Shown: positions 17,612 to 27,953, numbered from the stretch's first letter. The stretch is DNA of 64,000 nt from a candidate division FCPU426 bacterium (GCA_040756875.1 JBFLYH010000003.1:256001-320000); one strand, 5' to 3'. The notes: generated by a model not told the origin, from the sequence alone. A program made the numbers and translations.

Positions 17612-19333
17612 TTACAGCATCAACCCGTCGAGATCCAGATAGAAATGCGGCCTGCCCGGTTCGGCGCGCGGCCAGCGCTCCCGGATGTCCTGGACGCGCG
17701 TCCGGATGCGCCGCTCTTCGGCGGCCCGGCCGGACTGCGCATAGAGCCGGAGCAGCTGCCCGAGCGGAATAAGCAGCCGGGGATGGTCCGGGCCGTAGAC
17801 TTCGGTCAAAGCCGCCAGCGAAGCTTGCAGCGCCTGCTCCGCGGCCTTGATGTCGTTCCGGAACAGGTACAGGTCGATCTTCGCGGTCAGGTATTTGGCA
17901 TACAGGGCGTTGCGCTCGCCGATGGCGCGGCTGGTGATTTCCAGGGACTGGTCGATGCGCTCTTCGGCCTCGAACAGCCGGCCTTCGGAGAAATACACCC
18001 GGCCCAGCTGGAAGGCCGATTCCGCGGTGGCCATGTGCCGGTCGCCGTAGAAGCGTTCGTGGATGGCGTGGGCGCGCGCCAGGGATTTTTCCGCCTCGGG
18101 CAGCTGGTGCCGCAGGTAGTGGAGCACGCCGAGCTTGAGCCACACCGAAGACAGCAAGGGGTTCTCCAGCCCCACGGTCCGTTCGGCGATGACGCGTTCC
18201 TGGTCGTACAGGCGCTTGGCGTCCTCCAGGCGCTGCTGCTCCAAATACCAGTCGCCCAGGCGCTCGAGGTAGCGGCAAATCTCGATGTTCGGGCCGTTGG
18301 CCGCGCGCAAAGCGAGGTTCAAGGCCTCGGTGTGATTTTTTTCGGCCTCCTCCTGTTCGCCCCACAACTGCTGGATGACGCCCTGGTTGCTGTAAATGGC
18401 CGCGTAATTGCTCAGGATCACCGGATCGTTCTCCGATTTTTTGTATTTTTCCAGGATCAGCAGGATGTTGAAACTGCCCGAGCGCGCCCGGCCGTACTGG
18501 CCTTGATAGAGATCGATGGACACCACATTGTTCCGCATGAAAGCCGCAAAAGGATGTTCAGGCCCGAAGCGGATTTCGTATTGGCGCACCGCCTCCTCGG
18601 TCAGGGTCCGGGCTTCGCGGTGCAAACCGGCCGTGAGCTTGTCCGACAGCAGTTCATATTGCGCGCCCAGGGCATAGGGATGGTCGCGCCCGAATTTCAG
18701 GATTGCGGCCTTGAGCGCGCCCTCGTTCACGGACAGGCTGCGCTTGAAGTCGCCGCGTAAAAAGGCCTGCTGGTAGTCGCGGCGCAGCAGGGACAATTCC
18801 CGGCTGCGGTATTCCGGCGACAGCCAGGCGTACAGCAGCGAACCCGCCTCCAGGCGCACGACCCGGGTGCGATAAAGCGAAACGCCGAAGGCGGCCGGCA
18901 GCAGGAAGTTCACGGCCAGCATGCCGGCCAGGATCACCGGCGGCCACCACCAGCGCACGCCGCCCGCGGCCTGCAGCGCTGCGGGGGACGGCGACAGGGC
19001 TTTGGCCCGGCGGAAACGCCGGCCGTACAGGGGATTGGCCAGCCAGGCGGCCAGCAGTGCGGCTTCAACGGACACGGTGAAATGCCAGGGATTGACGGTC
19101 AGCAGGAAATCGCCGAGCAACAGCAAGGCGGCGAACACCACGGCCGCCGCCAGCAGGCGGCGGTAGCCGAACCAGGCAGGGCCCCAGAACAAAGCCGCCA
19201 GGTTCCAACGGCTGAACCCCCGGGCAAACGCCCACTTGTAGATGTAATAGCGGTGATTGGGCCCGACAAAGCGCCGGATGTCTTCGTCCGCCTCGGCGGG
19301 AACCGTCGGTTTGTAAAAATCGAACCAACGCAT
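17612..19333 (-). CDS. TPR repeat protein with N-terminal DUF2628-like membrane domain
   Basis: WNLAALFWGPAWFGYRR and ANPLY in the N-terminal domain; tandem TPRs with GxDHP/GPEHP linkers. Confidence 0.8.
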   Translation of the reverse strand: MRWFDFYKPTVPAEADEDIRRFVGPNHRYYIYKWAFARGFSRWNLAALFWGPAWFGYRRLLAAAVVFAALLLLGDFLLTVNPWHFTVSVEAALLAAWLANPLYGRRFRRAKALSPSPAALQAAGGVRWWWPPVILAGMLAVNFLLPAAFGVSLYRTRVVRLEAGSLLYAWLSPEYRSRELSLLRRDYQQAFLRGDFKRSLSVNEGALKAAILKFGRDHPYALGAQYELLSDKLTAGLHREARTLTEEAVRQYEIRFGPEHPFAAFMRNNVVSIDLYQGQYGRARSGSFNILLILEKYKKSENDPVILSNYAAIYSNQGVIQQLWGEQEEAEKNHTEALNLALRAANGPNIEICRYLERLGDWYLEQQRLEDAKRLYDQERVIAERTVGLENPLLSSVWLKLGVLHYLRHQLPEAEKSLARAHAIHERFYGDRHMATAESAFQLGRVYFSEGRLFEAEERIDQSLEITSRAIGERNALYAKYLTAKIDLYLFRNDIKAAEQALQASLAALTEVYGPDHPRLLIPLGQLLRLYAQSGRAAEERRIRTRVQDIRERWPRAEPGRPHFYLDLDGLML

Positions 19334-19355
19334 GGACCGTGGACCTTTGTTTATT

Positions 19356-19383
19356 GTAGGGGCGTTCAATTGAACGCCCCTAC
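19356..19383. repeat. GTAG-type REP palindrome, copy 2
   Basis: GTAGGGGCGTTCAATTGAACGCCCCTAC, a perfect 28-bp palindrome. Confidence 0.8.
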
Positions 19384-19494
19384 GTTCGTGAATAACCGGG
19401 AACGCAAATTCATTTTACCATACCCTCTCCGCGCTTCGGATTTTTCCCTGTTTTTCATCCCAGGCCTTGGGTATGATACCTCGCGGAGGACGCC

Positions 19495-20508
19495 ATGACC
19501 ATTGCCATTGAAACCCAAGACCTCACGAAAGTATATCCCGGCGGCATCCTGGCCGTGGACCGGGTGACTTTCCAGGTTCCGCGGGGCGAAATTTTCGGAT
19601 TCCTCGGCCCCAATGGCGCCGGAAAATCCACCACCATCCTCATGCTCGCCACCCTGCTCCGGCCCACCGGTGGCCGGGCCGTGGTGGCCGGCTGGGACGC
19701 AGTGCGCCATCCCTTGCGCCTGCGCCAGGCCATTGGGTATGTTTCGCAGGACCTGGCCGTGGACGACAACCTCACGGGCCGCGAAAACCTGTATCTGCAA
19801 GCCAAATGGTACGGCCTCAGCCAACAGGAAATCCGCGAGCGTCTGACCGAAATCCTGGCCATGGTGAACCTGACCGACCGGGCCGACGACCGCGTCGAGA
19901 CCTATTCCGGCGGCATGCGCAAGCGCCTGGACATCGCCGAGGGCCTCATTCACCGGCCCCAGGTGCTCTTCCTGGATGAACCGACCCTGGGCCTGGACAT
20001 TCAAACGCGGGCTGAAATCTGGAAGTACGTCGCGCACCTGCGCGAGGCTTTCGGCATGACCATTTTCCTGACCACGCATTACATGGAAGAGGCGGACCGG
20101 CTTTGCGACCGCATCGGCATCATTGACCGCGGGGTGCTCAAGGCCCTGGATTCCCCGGACCGCCTCAAGCAGCAGCTCGGCGGCGGGGTCATCACCCTGG
20201 CGCTCGCCGGCCCCGGGCCGGAAGTGGACCGCGCCGCAACCGCCATCGCCGGCCTGCCGGGCGTGCGCGGCGTGAAGGCGCAGGACGGCCGCCACGTCGT
20301 GCTGGCCGACCACGGCGAGGCCTTGCTGCCCCTGCTCTTTGCCGCGCTTAAACCGCTGCCCATCGCGCTGCACAGCCTGACGCTCACCCAGCCCACCCTG
20401 GACGACGTGTATTTGCACCACACGGGCCGGGCCCTGCGGGACGAGGTGGAGGGCAGCAAAGAGGAGGCGGCGCGGCAGCGGATCGTCATGAGGAGGACCC
20501 GGCGATGA
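19495..20508 (+). CDS. DrrA-like ABC exporter ATP-binding subunit
   Basis: GPNGAGKST, YSGGMRKRL, FLDEPTLGLD, C-terminal PTLDDVYLHHTG. Confidence 0.92.
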   Translation: MTIAIETQDLTKVYPGGILAVDRVTFQVPRGEIFGFLGPNGAGKSTTILMLATLLRPTGGRAVVAGWDAVRHPLRLRQAIGYVSQDLAVDDNLTGRENLYLQAKWYGLSQQEIRERLTEILAMVNLTDRADDRVETYSGGMRKRLDIAEGLIHRPQVLFLDEPTLGLDIQTRAEIWKYVAHLREAFGMTIFLTTHYMEEADRLCDRIGIIDRGVLKALDSPDRLKQQLGGGVITLALAGPGPEVDRAATAIAGLPGVRGVKAQDGRHVVLADHGEALLPLLFAALKPLPIALHSLTLTQPTLDDVYLHHTGRALRDEVEGSKEEAARQRIVMRRTRR

Positions 20509-21329
20509 AGCACCTGTTGAAATTCTGCAGCGACACCTATTATGTTTATTGGCGAGAGATCAAGCATTTCTGGCAGCAGAAAACGCGGGTCTTCATGTCC
20601 GTGTTCCAGCCCCTGGTCTGGTTCGTGCTTATGGGCAGCACCATGAACAACCTCACCACCGGCCTGGCCAACGCTTCCGGCACGGATCATGCGCAGCTGG
20701 CCCAGCAATTCCTGGACGGCGCGCCCAATTACCTGACCTACGTGGTGGGCGGCATCGTGGCCATGACCACGCTCTTCGGCGGCATTTACGGAGGCACCAG
20801 CGTGGTCTGGGACCGGCGCCTGGGGTTCCTGCAAAAAATGCTGGCCGCGCCCATCAGCCGCGCCTCGATCCCGCTCGGCAAAATGCTGGCCGTGGCCTTC
20901 CAGGCCCTCCTGCAGGTGGCCATGATTTTGCTCCTGGCCCGGCTCTTCGGTGTGCACTTCCGCACAGGCCTCCCGGGCCTGGCCGTGGTCATGCTGCTGG
21001 CCTCACTCTTCGCCCTGGGCATGTCCGGCCTGTCCCTGGCCCTGGGCGCGCGCATCAAATCCATGGAAACGCTGTTCGCGGTCATGAACGTGCTGACCAT
21101 GCCGCTCATCTTCAGCAGCCCGGCCATGTTCCCGGCCCGCGCCATGCCTTCGTGGCTCCTGGCCATCGCGGCCTGGAACCCGGTCACTTACGTTTTGATC
21201 CCCATGCGCGCGCTGATCTACAAAGGCTGGCTGTGGCCCGAACTGCTGCGCGGCGGCGGCCTGATCCTGGCTTTCGCCACAGCCGCGGGCCTGCTGGCCG
21301 TGTGGCAGTTCCGCAGCAGCCATGCCTGA
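20505..21329 (+). CDS. DrrB-like ABC-2 permease
   Basis: WDRRLGFLQKMLAAPISR, WNPVTY; coupled to the ATPase gene. Confidence 0.9.
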   Translation: MKHLLKFCSDTYYVYWREIKHFWQQKTRVFMSVFQPLVWFVLMGSTMNNLTTGLANASGTDHAQLAQQFLDGAPNYLTYVVGGIVAMTTLFGGIYGGTSVVWDRRLGFLQKMLAAPISRASIPLGKMLAVAFQALLQVAMILLLARLFGVHFRTGLPGLAVVMLLASLFALGMSGLSLALGARIKSMETLFAVMNVLTMPLIFSSPAMFPARAMPSWLLAIAAWNPVTYVLIPMRALIYKGWLWPELLRGGGLILAFATAAGLLAVWQFRSSHA

Positions 21330-22116
21330 GCCGGCCCTGCGCTTCCACGGCCGGCCGCCGTTCACGCTGGCGGTCCTGCACGGCGGGCCGGGCGCGGCCG
21401 GCGAAGCGGCGCCCGTGGCGCGGGCCCTGGCCCGAAAAGGCCGGGGCGTGCTCGAACCGTTCCAGACCCGGACGACGCCCGACGGCCAGGTGCGGGAACT
21501 GGCCGGCGTGCTGGCCAGGCACGCCGCGTCACCGCTGACCGTGGTGGGATTTTCCTGGGGCGCCTGGCTGGCCTGGCTGCTGGCGTCCAAGCACCCGCGG
21601 CTGGTCGGACGCCTGGTCCTGATCGGCAGCGGAGGATTCCGCCCTGGAGACGGCCTGATCGCCCAAACCGAGCGGGTGGCGCGCATGAACGAGCGTCAGC
21701 GGCTCGCCTACGCCGCGCTCGCCGGCCGCTTGCCTCTGGCTTCGCCCCGGGAACAAGACGTCCTCTTCGCCAGCCTGGGCCGGCTGATGTCGCGGGTGGA
21801 TGCCCACGACCCTTTTCCGGTTTTCAGCCGGAATGTCGTCCACTCCTATGCCATCTATCGCCGCGTCTGGCCCGCGGCCGACCGGTTACGCGCCAGCGGC
21901 CGCTTGCTGGCTTGCGCGGACCGCATCCATTGCCCGGTCATCGCCCTGCACGGCGACCGCGACCCGCACCCGGCCGAAGGCGTTCGCCTCCCCCTCTCCG
22001 AACGCCTGGCGGATTTCCGTTTCGTCCTCCTTCCCCGCTGCGGCCACAAACCCTGGATCGAACGGCAGGCGCGGGAGGCGTTTTACGCCCGCCTGAACGA
22101 GGCGGTGGCCTCCTAA
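21322..22116 (+). CDS. Alpha/beta hydrolase
   Basis: LHGGPG, GFSWG nucleophile elbow, HGDRD, CGHKPW. Confidence 0.88.
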   Translation: MPEPALRFHGRPPFTLAVLHGGPGAAGEAAPVARALARKGRGVLEPFQTRTTPDGQVRELAGVLARHAASPLTVVGFSWGAWLAWLLASKHPRLVGRLVLIGSGGFRPGDGLIAQTERVARMNERQRLAYAALAGRLPLASPREQDVLFASLGRLMSRVDAHDPFPVFSRNVVHSYAIYRRVWPAADRLRASGRLLACADRIHCPVIALHGDRDPHPAEGVRLPLSERLADFRFVLLPRCGHKPWIERQAREAFYARLNEAVAS

Positions 22117-23747
22117 TGCCGGGAATCCGGGCCCCGCTGGGATTCTGGATCCCAAGCGCCGTGGGCGTCGTCCTTTTGCACGGGCATCAAAGCGTTCTGG
22201 GTTGGATCTGCGTCCTGATGGGATTAGCCTGGGCAGGGTGGAAGCCTGTGGAAGCAGCGTCCCTGCCAGCGCCGGCCATGCGCCGGAGGACGGAACTGGT
22301 CTGGCTGGCTGGCCTGGTGCTGCTGGCCGCGGGCCTGCGCTGGTGGCGGCTGGAAGCCGTGCCGCCGGCCTGCTGGTTCGACGAAGCCCAGAACGGCCTG
22401 GAAACCCTGCGCATCCTCAAGGGCGACTGGTTCATCTTCACGCCGCGCAACAACGGCCGCGGCGCATTGCAATTTTTTTGGACCGCGCCCTTCTTCGCCG
22501 TTTTCGGCAAAACCGTCGGCGCCTTGCGGCTGGCTTCGGCCGTCGCCGGCGCAGCCACCGTGCCCCTGGTTTGGAGGCTGGGGCGCCAGTGGGGCGGCGC
22601 GCGCATCGGGCTGGCGGCAGCCGGCTTGCTCGCAGTCTCCGCCTGGCACGTGTCCGTCAGCCGCCTCGGATTCGACGCGGTCATGACTCCGGCGTTCGAC
22701 GCGGCCATGCTCCTGTGCCTGGTCCTTGGCCTGGAAAGCGCGGCCTGGGGCTGGTGGGCCGCAGCCGGCCTGCTGGCGGGCCTGGCCAACTACGGCTACG
22801 CGGCTTCGCGCGTCTCGCTTCTGCTTCTGGCTCTGGCTGCTTGGTTCGGGCTGCGGGCGTTCCCGGGCGGCTGGCAACGGTTCCGTCCCGGCGTGGTCGC
22901 AGCCTGCCTCGCGGCCATGATCGCCCTGGCGCCGCTCCTCTCGCTGGGCCTGGCCCGCCCTGATTTGCTCGGCGAACGCGGCCGCCAGGTCGCGGTCACG
23001 TCACCCGGCGCGGCCCTGCGCAACCTGCGCGCCACCTTGCGCATGTTCCTGGAACGCGGGGACGCCAATCCCCGCCATAATCTGCCCGGCCGCCCCATGC
23101 TCGATCCGGCGACCGGCGTGCTGGCTTTGGCCGGCTTGGCCCTGGCCTGGCGCCGGCGCGGCTTTCCCCAACAACTCGTTTTAGCCTGGCTGGGCGTTTA
23201 CATCTTTACCGCCGGAACCTTCACGGACGCCAGTCCGCACGGCCTGCGCATGCTCTCAGCCGTCATCCCGGCCTGCCTGCTGGCTGCCTGGGGTCTGGAG
23301 CAGGCGCTCGCGGACTTCCGGCTTGAAACCCCATTGGGACGCAACCTGGCGCTCGCCGTGCTGCTCTTGAGTGTGGGCTTAACGACGGTTCACGCCTATT
23401 TCGTCGTCTATCCCTGCCACCCTGCTGTTCGGCCGGCCTTTTCTCCGTACCCCTATGAAGTCGGCCGCTTCGTGCGCGCCTTGCCGCCGGAAACGCCGGT
23501 GCAGGTGTCGCGCCGCTTCGATGAAAGCGTGGTTGCGTTCGTTTCGGGCCGCGGAAAAAGCATGCCGGAGCTGGACTTCTCGACAGCCGCGGGCACGGGC
23601 GATCCTTGGGTGCGAATCTTGGCGGCGCCCGAAGAGGCGCCCTGGTTCATCAGGGAAGGGGCGTATCTCTGGAGGGAGATAAAAAGTCAGGAGGGAGAGC
23701 GGTTTTGGGTGGTTGAATCCAAGCCAGTGCAGGAGACGGCCCCCTAA
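22116..23747 (+). CDS. GT-C fold membrane glycosyltransferase (ArnT/PMT-like)
   Basis: ATG overlaps the upstream TAA. LRWWRL...WFDEA acidic motif after the N-terminal TM segments; many TM segments. Confidence 0.8.
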   Translation: MPGIRAPLGFWIPSAVGVVLLHGHQSVLGWICVLMGLAWAGWKPVEAASLPAPAMRRRTELVWLAGLVLLAAGLRWWRLEAVPPACWFDEAQNGLETLRILKGDWFIFTPRNNGRGALQFFWTAPFFAVFGKTVGALRLASAVAGAATVPLVWRLGRQWGGARIGLAAAGLLAVSAWHVSVSRLGFDAVMTPAFDAAMLLCLVLGLESAAWGWWAAAGLLAGLANYGYAASRVSLLLLALAAWFGLRAFPGGWQRFRPGVVAACLAAMIALAPLLSLGLARPDLLGERGRQVAVTSPGAALRNLRATLRMFLERGDANPRHNLPGRPMLDPATGVLALAGLALAWRRRGFPQQLVLAWLGVYIFTAGTFTDASPHGLRMLSAVIPACLLAAWGLEQALADFRLETPLGRNLALAVLLLSVGLTTVHAYFVVYPCHPAVRPAFSPYPYEVGRFVRALPPETPVQVSRRFDESVVAFVSGRGKSMPELDFSTAAGTGDPWVRILAAPEEAPWFIREGAYLWREIKSQEGERFWVVESKPVQETAP

Positions 23748-23773
23748 CCCCGCCCGAATGGCGGGGTTAGGGG
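23740..23773. terminator. Hairpin between convergent genes
   Basis: CCCCTAACCCCGCC-cgaat-GGCGGGGTTAGGGG. Confidence 0.6.
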
Positions 23774-23786
23774 AACCGCGCTCGGA

Positions 23787-24683
23787 TTATTGGGATAGTT
23801 CCTTGACCAGGACGTCGCGCAGGACGGCGGCGCTCTTGGTGATGGCCTTGGCGTAAGCGTTCACGGCTTCCTGTTTGGAGTCCTTCAGGTAGGGACGGCC
23901 TTTTTTAAGCATGGGAGCCCCCGGCCCTTCCTCGTGTTTGCCGCCTCCCTGGCTGAACAGCGGGGTTTCCACGGCGATTTGTCCGTTCCTCGTAACGACC
24001 ACCATCTCGCAGGCCACGACCGGCGTGGCCTGACCCAGGACGCCGCTGAAAATGCCCGTGCCGGACATGCCGCTGAGCCAGCCTTTTTTATACGCCAGAT
24101 CCAGGCCGATGACAGCCACGGCATCCACGTTCAAATCCTTGCACAGCGCGGCCAGTTTCTCCTGCCCCTCCACCACCGGGTCCTTCTGGCCCATGATCGT
24201 GACGCTTTTGTTCCCGTGCGTCACGCTGGAAGCGGGGATATAGGGCATGCCCGGAGGCGTCACCCAGGAAGCGGTCGCGGCCTTGCGCAAGGCGCTTAGA
24301 AAATCACCCATGGCCGAAGAACCGGGCTTGGTCAACGCCTGGAATTTTTTATTGCGGATCACCTGGTCAGGCGGAACCAGACTCCACGGCTCCACGCCGC
24401 TGAGGGCCTCGCCGAAGCTTTTCAATCCCATGGTGACCAGCTGCACTTGTTCGTCGGTTTCGATGTCTTTCTCGGGGGCGGTGGCCGCCACCAGAGCCTT
24501 CAGCAGGTTGACCTTGGTGCCTGACTCCTTGGCCTCCACGTCGTGGATGTCGGTATTGGCGTATACGCTGACGATCGCGAGCTTTTTCACGTCCAAGACC
24601 GCCGGTTTTTTAATGAACGTCCCGCCGCAGCCGGTCAGCCCCAATGCCAAAAACAATGACACAGCGACCCCTGTGATCCGCAT
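23787..24683 (-). CDS. Hypothetical lipoprotein
   Basis: Signal peptide with lipobox LTGC; GGAGG RBS. Confidence 0.75.
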   Translation of the reverse strand: MRITGVAVSLFLALGLTGCGGTFIKKPAVLDVKKLAIVSVYANTDIHDVEAKESGTKVNLLKALVAATAPEKDIETDEQVQLVTMGLKSFGEALSGVEPWSLVPPDQVIRNKKFQALTKPGSSAMGDFLSALRKAATASWVTPPGMPYIPASSVTHGNKSVTIMGQKDPVVEGQEKLAALCKDLNVDAVAVIGLDLAYKKGWLSGMSGTGIFSGVLGQATPVVACEMVVVTRNGQIAVETPLFSQGGGKHEEGPGAPMLKKGRPYLKDSKQEAVNAYAKAITKSAAVLRDVLVKELSQ

Positions 24684-24791
24684 GCCACACCTCCGGTTTT
24701 GGATGATTTAAAAGTATCGGAGGCCAGAGCCCTGCCCTTGACTTCCAATACAAGGCTAGGACACCAGCATTCGAAAAAAGATCGGGAGAGA

Positions 24792-26027
24792 TCAGTATTC
24801 CTTGCTGTGGATGTTTAATCCGTTCCAGGTGTTGACTTCCATCTGGATCATGCGCTTGCGGGTTCCGCCCAGGCCGAAACTGCGCTCCACGCGGACCTTT
24901 TCCGCCACTCCGAACAAACCGTCGTGATAGGCGTCGTAGACTGTCCAGCGGGTTTCGTAGGCGTTCGTGGATTTGGTGGCGCGGGTCAGGCCGTTGCGCT
25001 TGTCGCTCTGGATCACGGTCTTGGTCTCGCGCGTGGAGCCCAGCCCGAAATTGTACTTGGCCTGGCTGCCGACTGCGACGCCGTATTCGCCCTTTTCGGT
25101 CGTGTCGTAGAAGGTCTGCACCGTGCCGTATTTGTTGATGTCCACGCGTGTGGCTGGCAATCCGGTCTGTTTATCCCAGGTGTACTGAATTTCGGTCTCG
25201 CGAGTCGAGCCCAGCCCGAAATTGTACTTGGCCAGTTGCCGGGCGGGCATCAGCACCTCCGGATCGAACCGCACGGTTTCGACCCGGCCGTAGTCGCTGG
25301 TCTCCACGCGGCCGGCGGGCTTTCCGGTTTCCGGATCGTAGGTCGTGGTCTCCACGGACTTGCGCATGGCGCCCAGGCCGAAATTCCTTTCATATCTGCA
25401 TTCCGTGGCCAATTCATGCTTGTCGAATACCCGGGTGACGGTCTGCAACTGGCTCTTTTCGACGTTGCTAACCAGGAATCCCTGCTCATCGTAACGGTAG
25501 TCGCCGGTTTCCTTGTGCCGGCCCCACTCTACGCCGAATTTGTCGTCCTGGACGGCGCCGGTCACGCGGCCTTTGGCGTCGCAGGTTTCCTTCCGGGTCA
25601 TCAGCCCGTTGGTGATCTCGCGCGCAACCAGTTTCCCCTCTTTGGAATACGTGTAGACTGTCTTGGTTTCACGTCCGAGTTCCGGCCCGCTCAGGCTTTT
25701 CCGCGTTTTTTGCACCAAACGGCCGCCCTTGCCGTATTCCTCCACTGTCGTTCCATCAGCATCCTTGGACAGGGCTTTCGCCAGTTGGCCGCCGGAGCCG
25801 TATTCGTACGTCGTTTCGATTTTCTTTGGGTAACCGTATTCATTTTCACGCACGCTGCTGACCATCCGCCCCTTTTCATCCAGGACCTGGACGGTTTTCC
25901 CCCGGTTGTCTGTGACAACCTTCTGCTTGGCATTGGCGGGTTCCGCCGCTTCGGCTGTCCAGGACCAAAACAGGGTGCAAAACAGGGCAACCGCGAGGAT
26001 GGAAAAGGCTTTCGGTGTGCGCATCAT
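24792..26027 (-). CDS. Secreted beta-strand repeat protein (YD/RHS-like)
   Basis: Signal peptide ending AEA; YxYD/G turns; recurring NFGLGxxR units about every 55 aa. Confidence 0.65.
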   Translation of the reverse strand: MMRTPKAFSILAVALFCTLFWSWTAEAAEPANAKQKVVTDNRGKTVQVLDEKGRMVSSVRENEYGYPKKIETTYEYGSGGQLAKALSKDADGTTVEEYGKGGRLVQKTRKSLSGPELGRETKTVYTYSKEGKLVAREITNGLMTRKETCDAKGRVTGAVQDDKFGVEWGRHKETGDYRYDEQGFLVSNVEKSQLQTVTRVFDKHELATECRYERNFGLGAMRKSVETTTYDPETGKPAGRVETSDYGRVETVRFDPEVLMPARQLAKYNFGLGSTRETEIQYTWDKQTGLPATRVDINKYGTVQTFYDTTEKGEYGVAVGSQAKYNFGLGSTRETKTVIQSDKRNGLTRATKSTNAYETRWTVYDAYHDGLFGVAEKVRVERSFGLGGTRKRMIQMEVNTWNGLNIHSKEY

Positions 26028-26175
26028 GGGATCAACCTTTATATAGGAAAGGATGTCCGTCCATCCGGCTTGGAGCCGGACCGGGAATATATTATAAACC
26101 GAAGCGGGTTTCCGGAAAATGAAAAAAGGGAGGGCCGCAGAGCGGCTCTCCCTTTTTTCAGTCCGGACCGAGCGA

Positions 26176-27225
26176 TTATTTTTTGGACTTTTTGGCTTTT
26201 TTCGCAGCGGTTTTTTTCCCGGCCGGGCCGGTTTTTTTATGCCGCAGCAGGTAAGCCAGCACTTCCTGCATGTCCGCCGTAGCGACGCAGATCACTTTGT
26301 CGGCGCCGCCGTAATAAACGAAAAGCTTGCCGTCTTTCACGATATTCCCCACGGCGAACACCACGTCGTGCTCTACGCCGGTGATCTCGAAGGGCTCCGT
26401 AGGTTCCAGGATGAAATCCGGGGGGCGGGAGATGATCTTGGTCGGATCATTGAGGTCCAGCAGCATGAGCCCCTGGCGGTAAATGCGCTTCTCATCCACG
26501 CCGTGGTACATGACCACCCAGCCGTGCTTGGTCTTGATCGGAGGCGTGCTGGCGCCGATTTTGCAGCATTGCCACGGGAATTCGGGTTTGGCCAGCAACC
26601 GGTCGCCGCTCCAGTTTTTCATGTCTTTTGAGAACGTGATCCAGATCCCGGGCTTCTCGGTGCCGTATTTGGGACCCACCCAATGGGCCGGGCGGCGGAA
26701 CATCACGTACTTGCCCTTGATTTTTTCCGGGAACATGACCACATCGCGGTCATCCACATTGTCCGGGGTGATGGCTCCCAAATTTTCGTAAGTCTTGAAA
26801 TCCTTGGTGCGCATGAGGCCGGTGCGCGTCAGGTTCTCGGTCATGGATTTGGGGGAATCTTCCGGAAACTCCGCGCGGTTGCCCATCACGAATGCGGTGT
26901 AGGGCGTCATGCGGCAGGCATAGGTGACGTAATAGTACCCGTCGGCCATTTTGGTGATCCGGGGGTCTTCCACGCAACCGCTGTCGAAACCGTGGATGCC
27001 GGTGTAATTGGGCTGGTCTGAAACGCGCCGGAAGTTGTAACCGTCGGCGCTCACCGCCAGGCCGAAATAAATGCGATAGATGTCCGTCTCGCCGGATGCG
27101 CGGTAAAGCATGTACACCTTGCCCTTGTGCACGATGGCGCCGGGATTGCACACCGCGTGCCCTTCCCACTTGCTGCCCGGTTTGGGGGCAAGAACCGGGT
27201 TTTTGGCATACTTGGTGAACAACAT
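26176..27225 (-). CDS. GH130 family glycosidase/glycoside phosphorylase
   Basis: NPVLAP, NPGA, YMLYRA, GCVEDPRI, YHGV, YYGGAD motifs. Confidence 0.9.
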   Translation of the reverse strand: MLFTKYAKNPVLAPKPGSKWEGHAVCNPGAIVHKGKVYMLYRASGETDIYRIYFGLAVSADGYNFRRVSDQPNYTGIHGFDSGCVEDPRITKMADGYYYVTYACRMTPYTAFVMGNRAEFPEDSPKSMTENLTRTGLMRTKDFKTYENLGAITPDNVDDRDVVMFPEKIKGKYVMFRRPAHWVGPKYGTEKPGIWITFSKDMKNWSGDRLLAKPEFPWQCCKIGASTPPIKTKHGWVVMYHGVDEKRIYRQGLMLLDLNDPTKIISRPPDFILEPTEPFEITGVEHDVVFAVGNIVKDGKLFVYYGGADKVICVATADMQEVLAYLLRHKKTGPAGKKTAAKKAKKSKK

Positions 27226-27350
27226 TTTTTCTCCTCGCGTGGATGGTATGGGGGGCGCAGCGCCCCTAAAATCAAGCCAGCATGGTACTTAATCCGAAAC
27301 AGAAAGTCAAATGGCGAGTGCGCTTTGAACCGGTTGTCGAAACACAGACT

Positions 27351-27953
27351 TTAGAAAGCCCAGCCGATATACAATCCGCCACCTGCAATGAAGGTAAACA
27401 GGGTCATCAGATTGGCGCCGTCATCGGCTCCTGAAATGAGCGGCAGACCGGCGTCCAGAAACGGGGCGATGACGATCGTATTCGCAATGATGAATTTATA
27501 GCCCAATTCGCCGTGAATGAGAAAGGCGGAAACCCGGGCGTCGACCGGCGCTTCGTTGTGCGCGCGGTCTTCGTAAGTACCGACATAATGGTTGTAATCC
27601 ATCCGCAAGCCGAGGTTAAAGCCCGCGGGCGCATTTCCACCCGGATACCAGCGGGCCGAGACGCCCACTCCCACACCGTTCAAATCATAGATCCAGTCGT
27701 AATCATCCCCAGCCTCGTCCGTTTTGCCGCCCCGCATCAAGAAGTGTGAAATCCCCGTCAATCGGCCGGCCAAGCCGAACTGTTCTCCCATTCTCCGCTC
27801 GTATTCCAAGCTAAGATGCCCGGCTCCCGTGGTTAACCCCACAGGTTGCAGCATCAGGGCGTTTCCAGGAGCGTCACTTTCCGCCCGGACAGGTTGTCCC
27901 GACGCTAATGCCAGCAACATACAAACCATCCCGACTGTTACTTTGCCCCGCAT
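27351..27953 (-). CDS. Putative outer-membrane beta-barrel protein (DUF3575-like)
   Basis: Signal peptide, SLEYER, amphipathic strands, C-terminal YIGWAF. Confidence 0.6.
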   Translation of the reverse strand: MRGKVTVGMVCMLLALASGQPVRAESDAPGNALMLQPVGLTTGAGHLSLEYERRMGEQFGLAGRLTGISHFLMRGGKTDEAGDDYDWIYDLNGVGVGVSARWYPGGNAPAGFNLGLRMDYNHYVGTYEDRAHNEAPVDARVSAFLIHGELGYKFIIANTIVIAPFLDAGLPLISGADDGANLMTLFTFIAGGGLYIGWAF

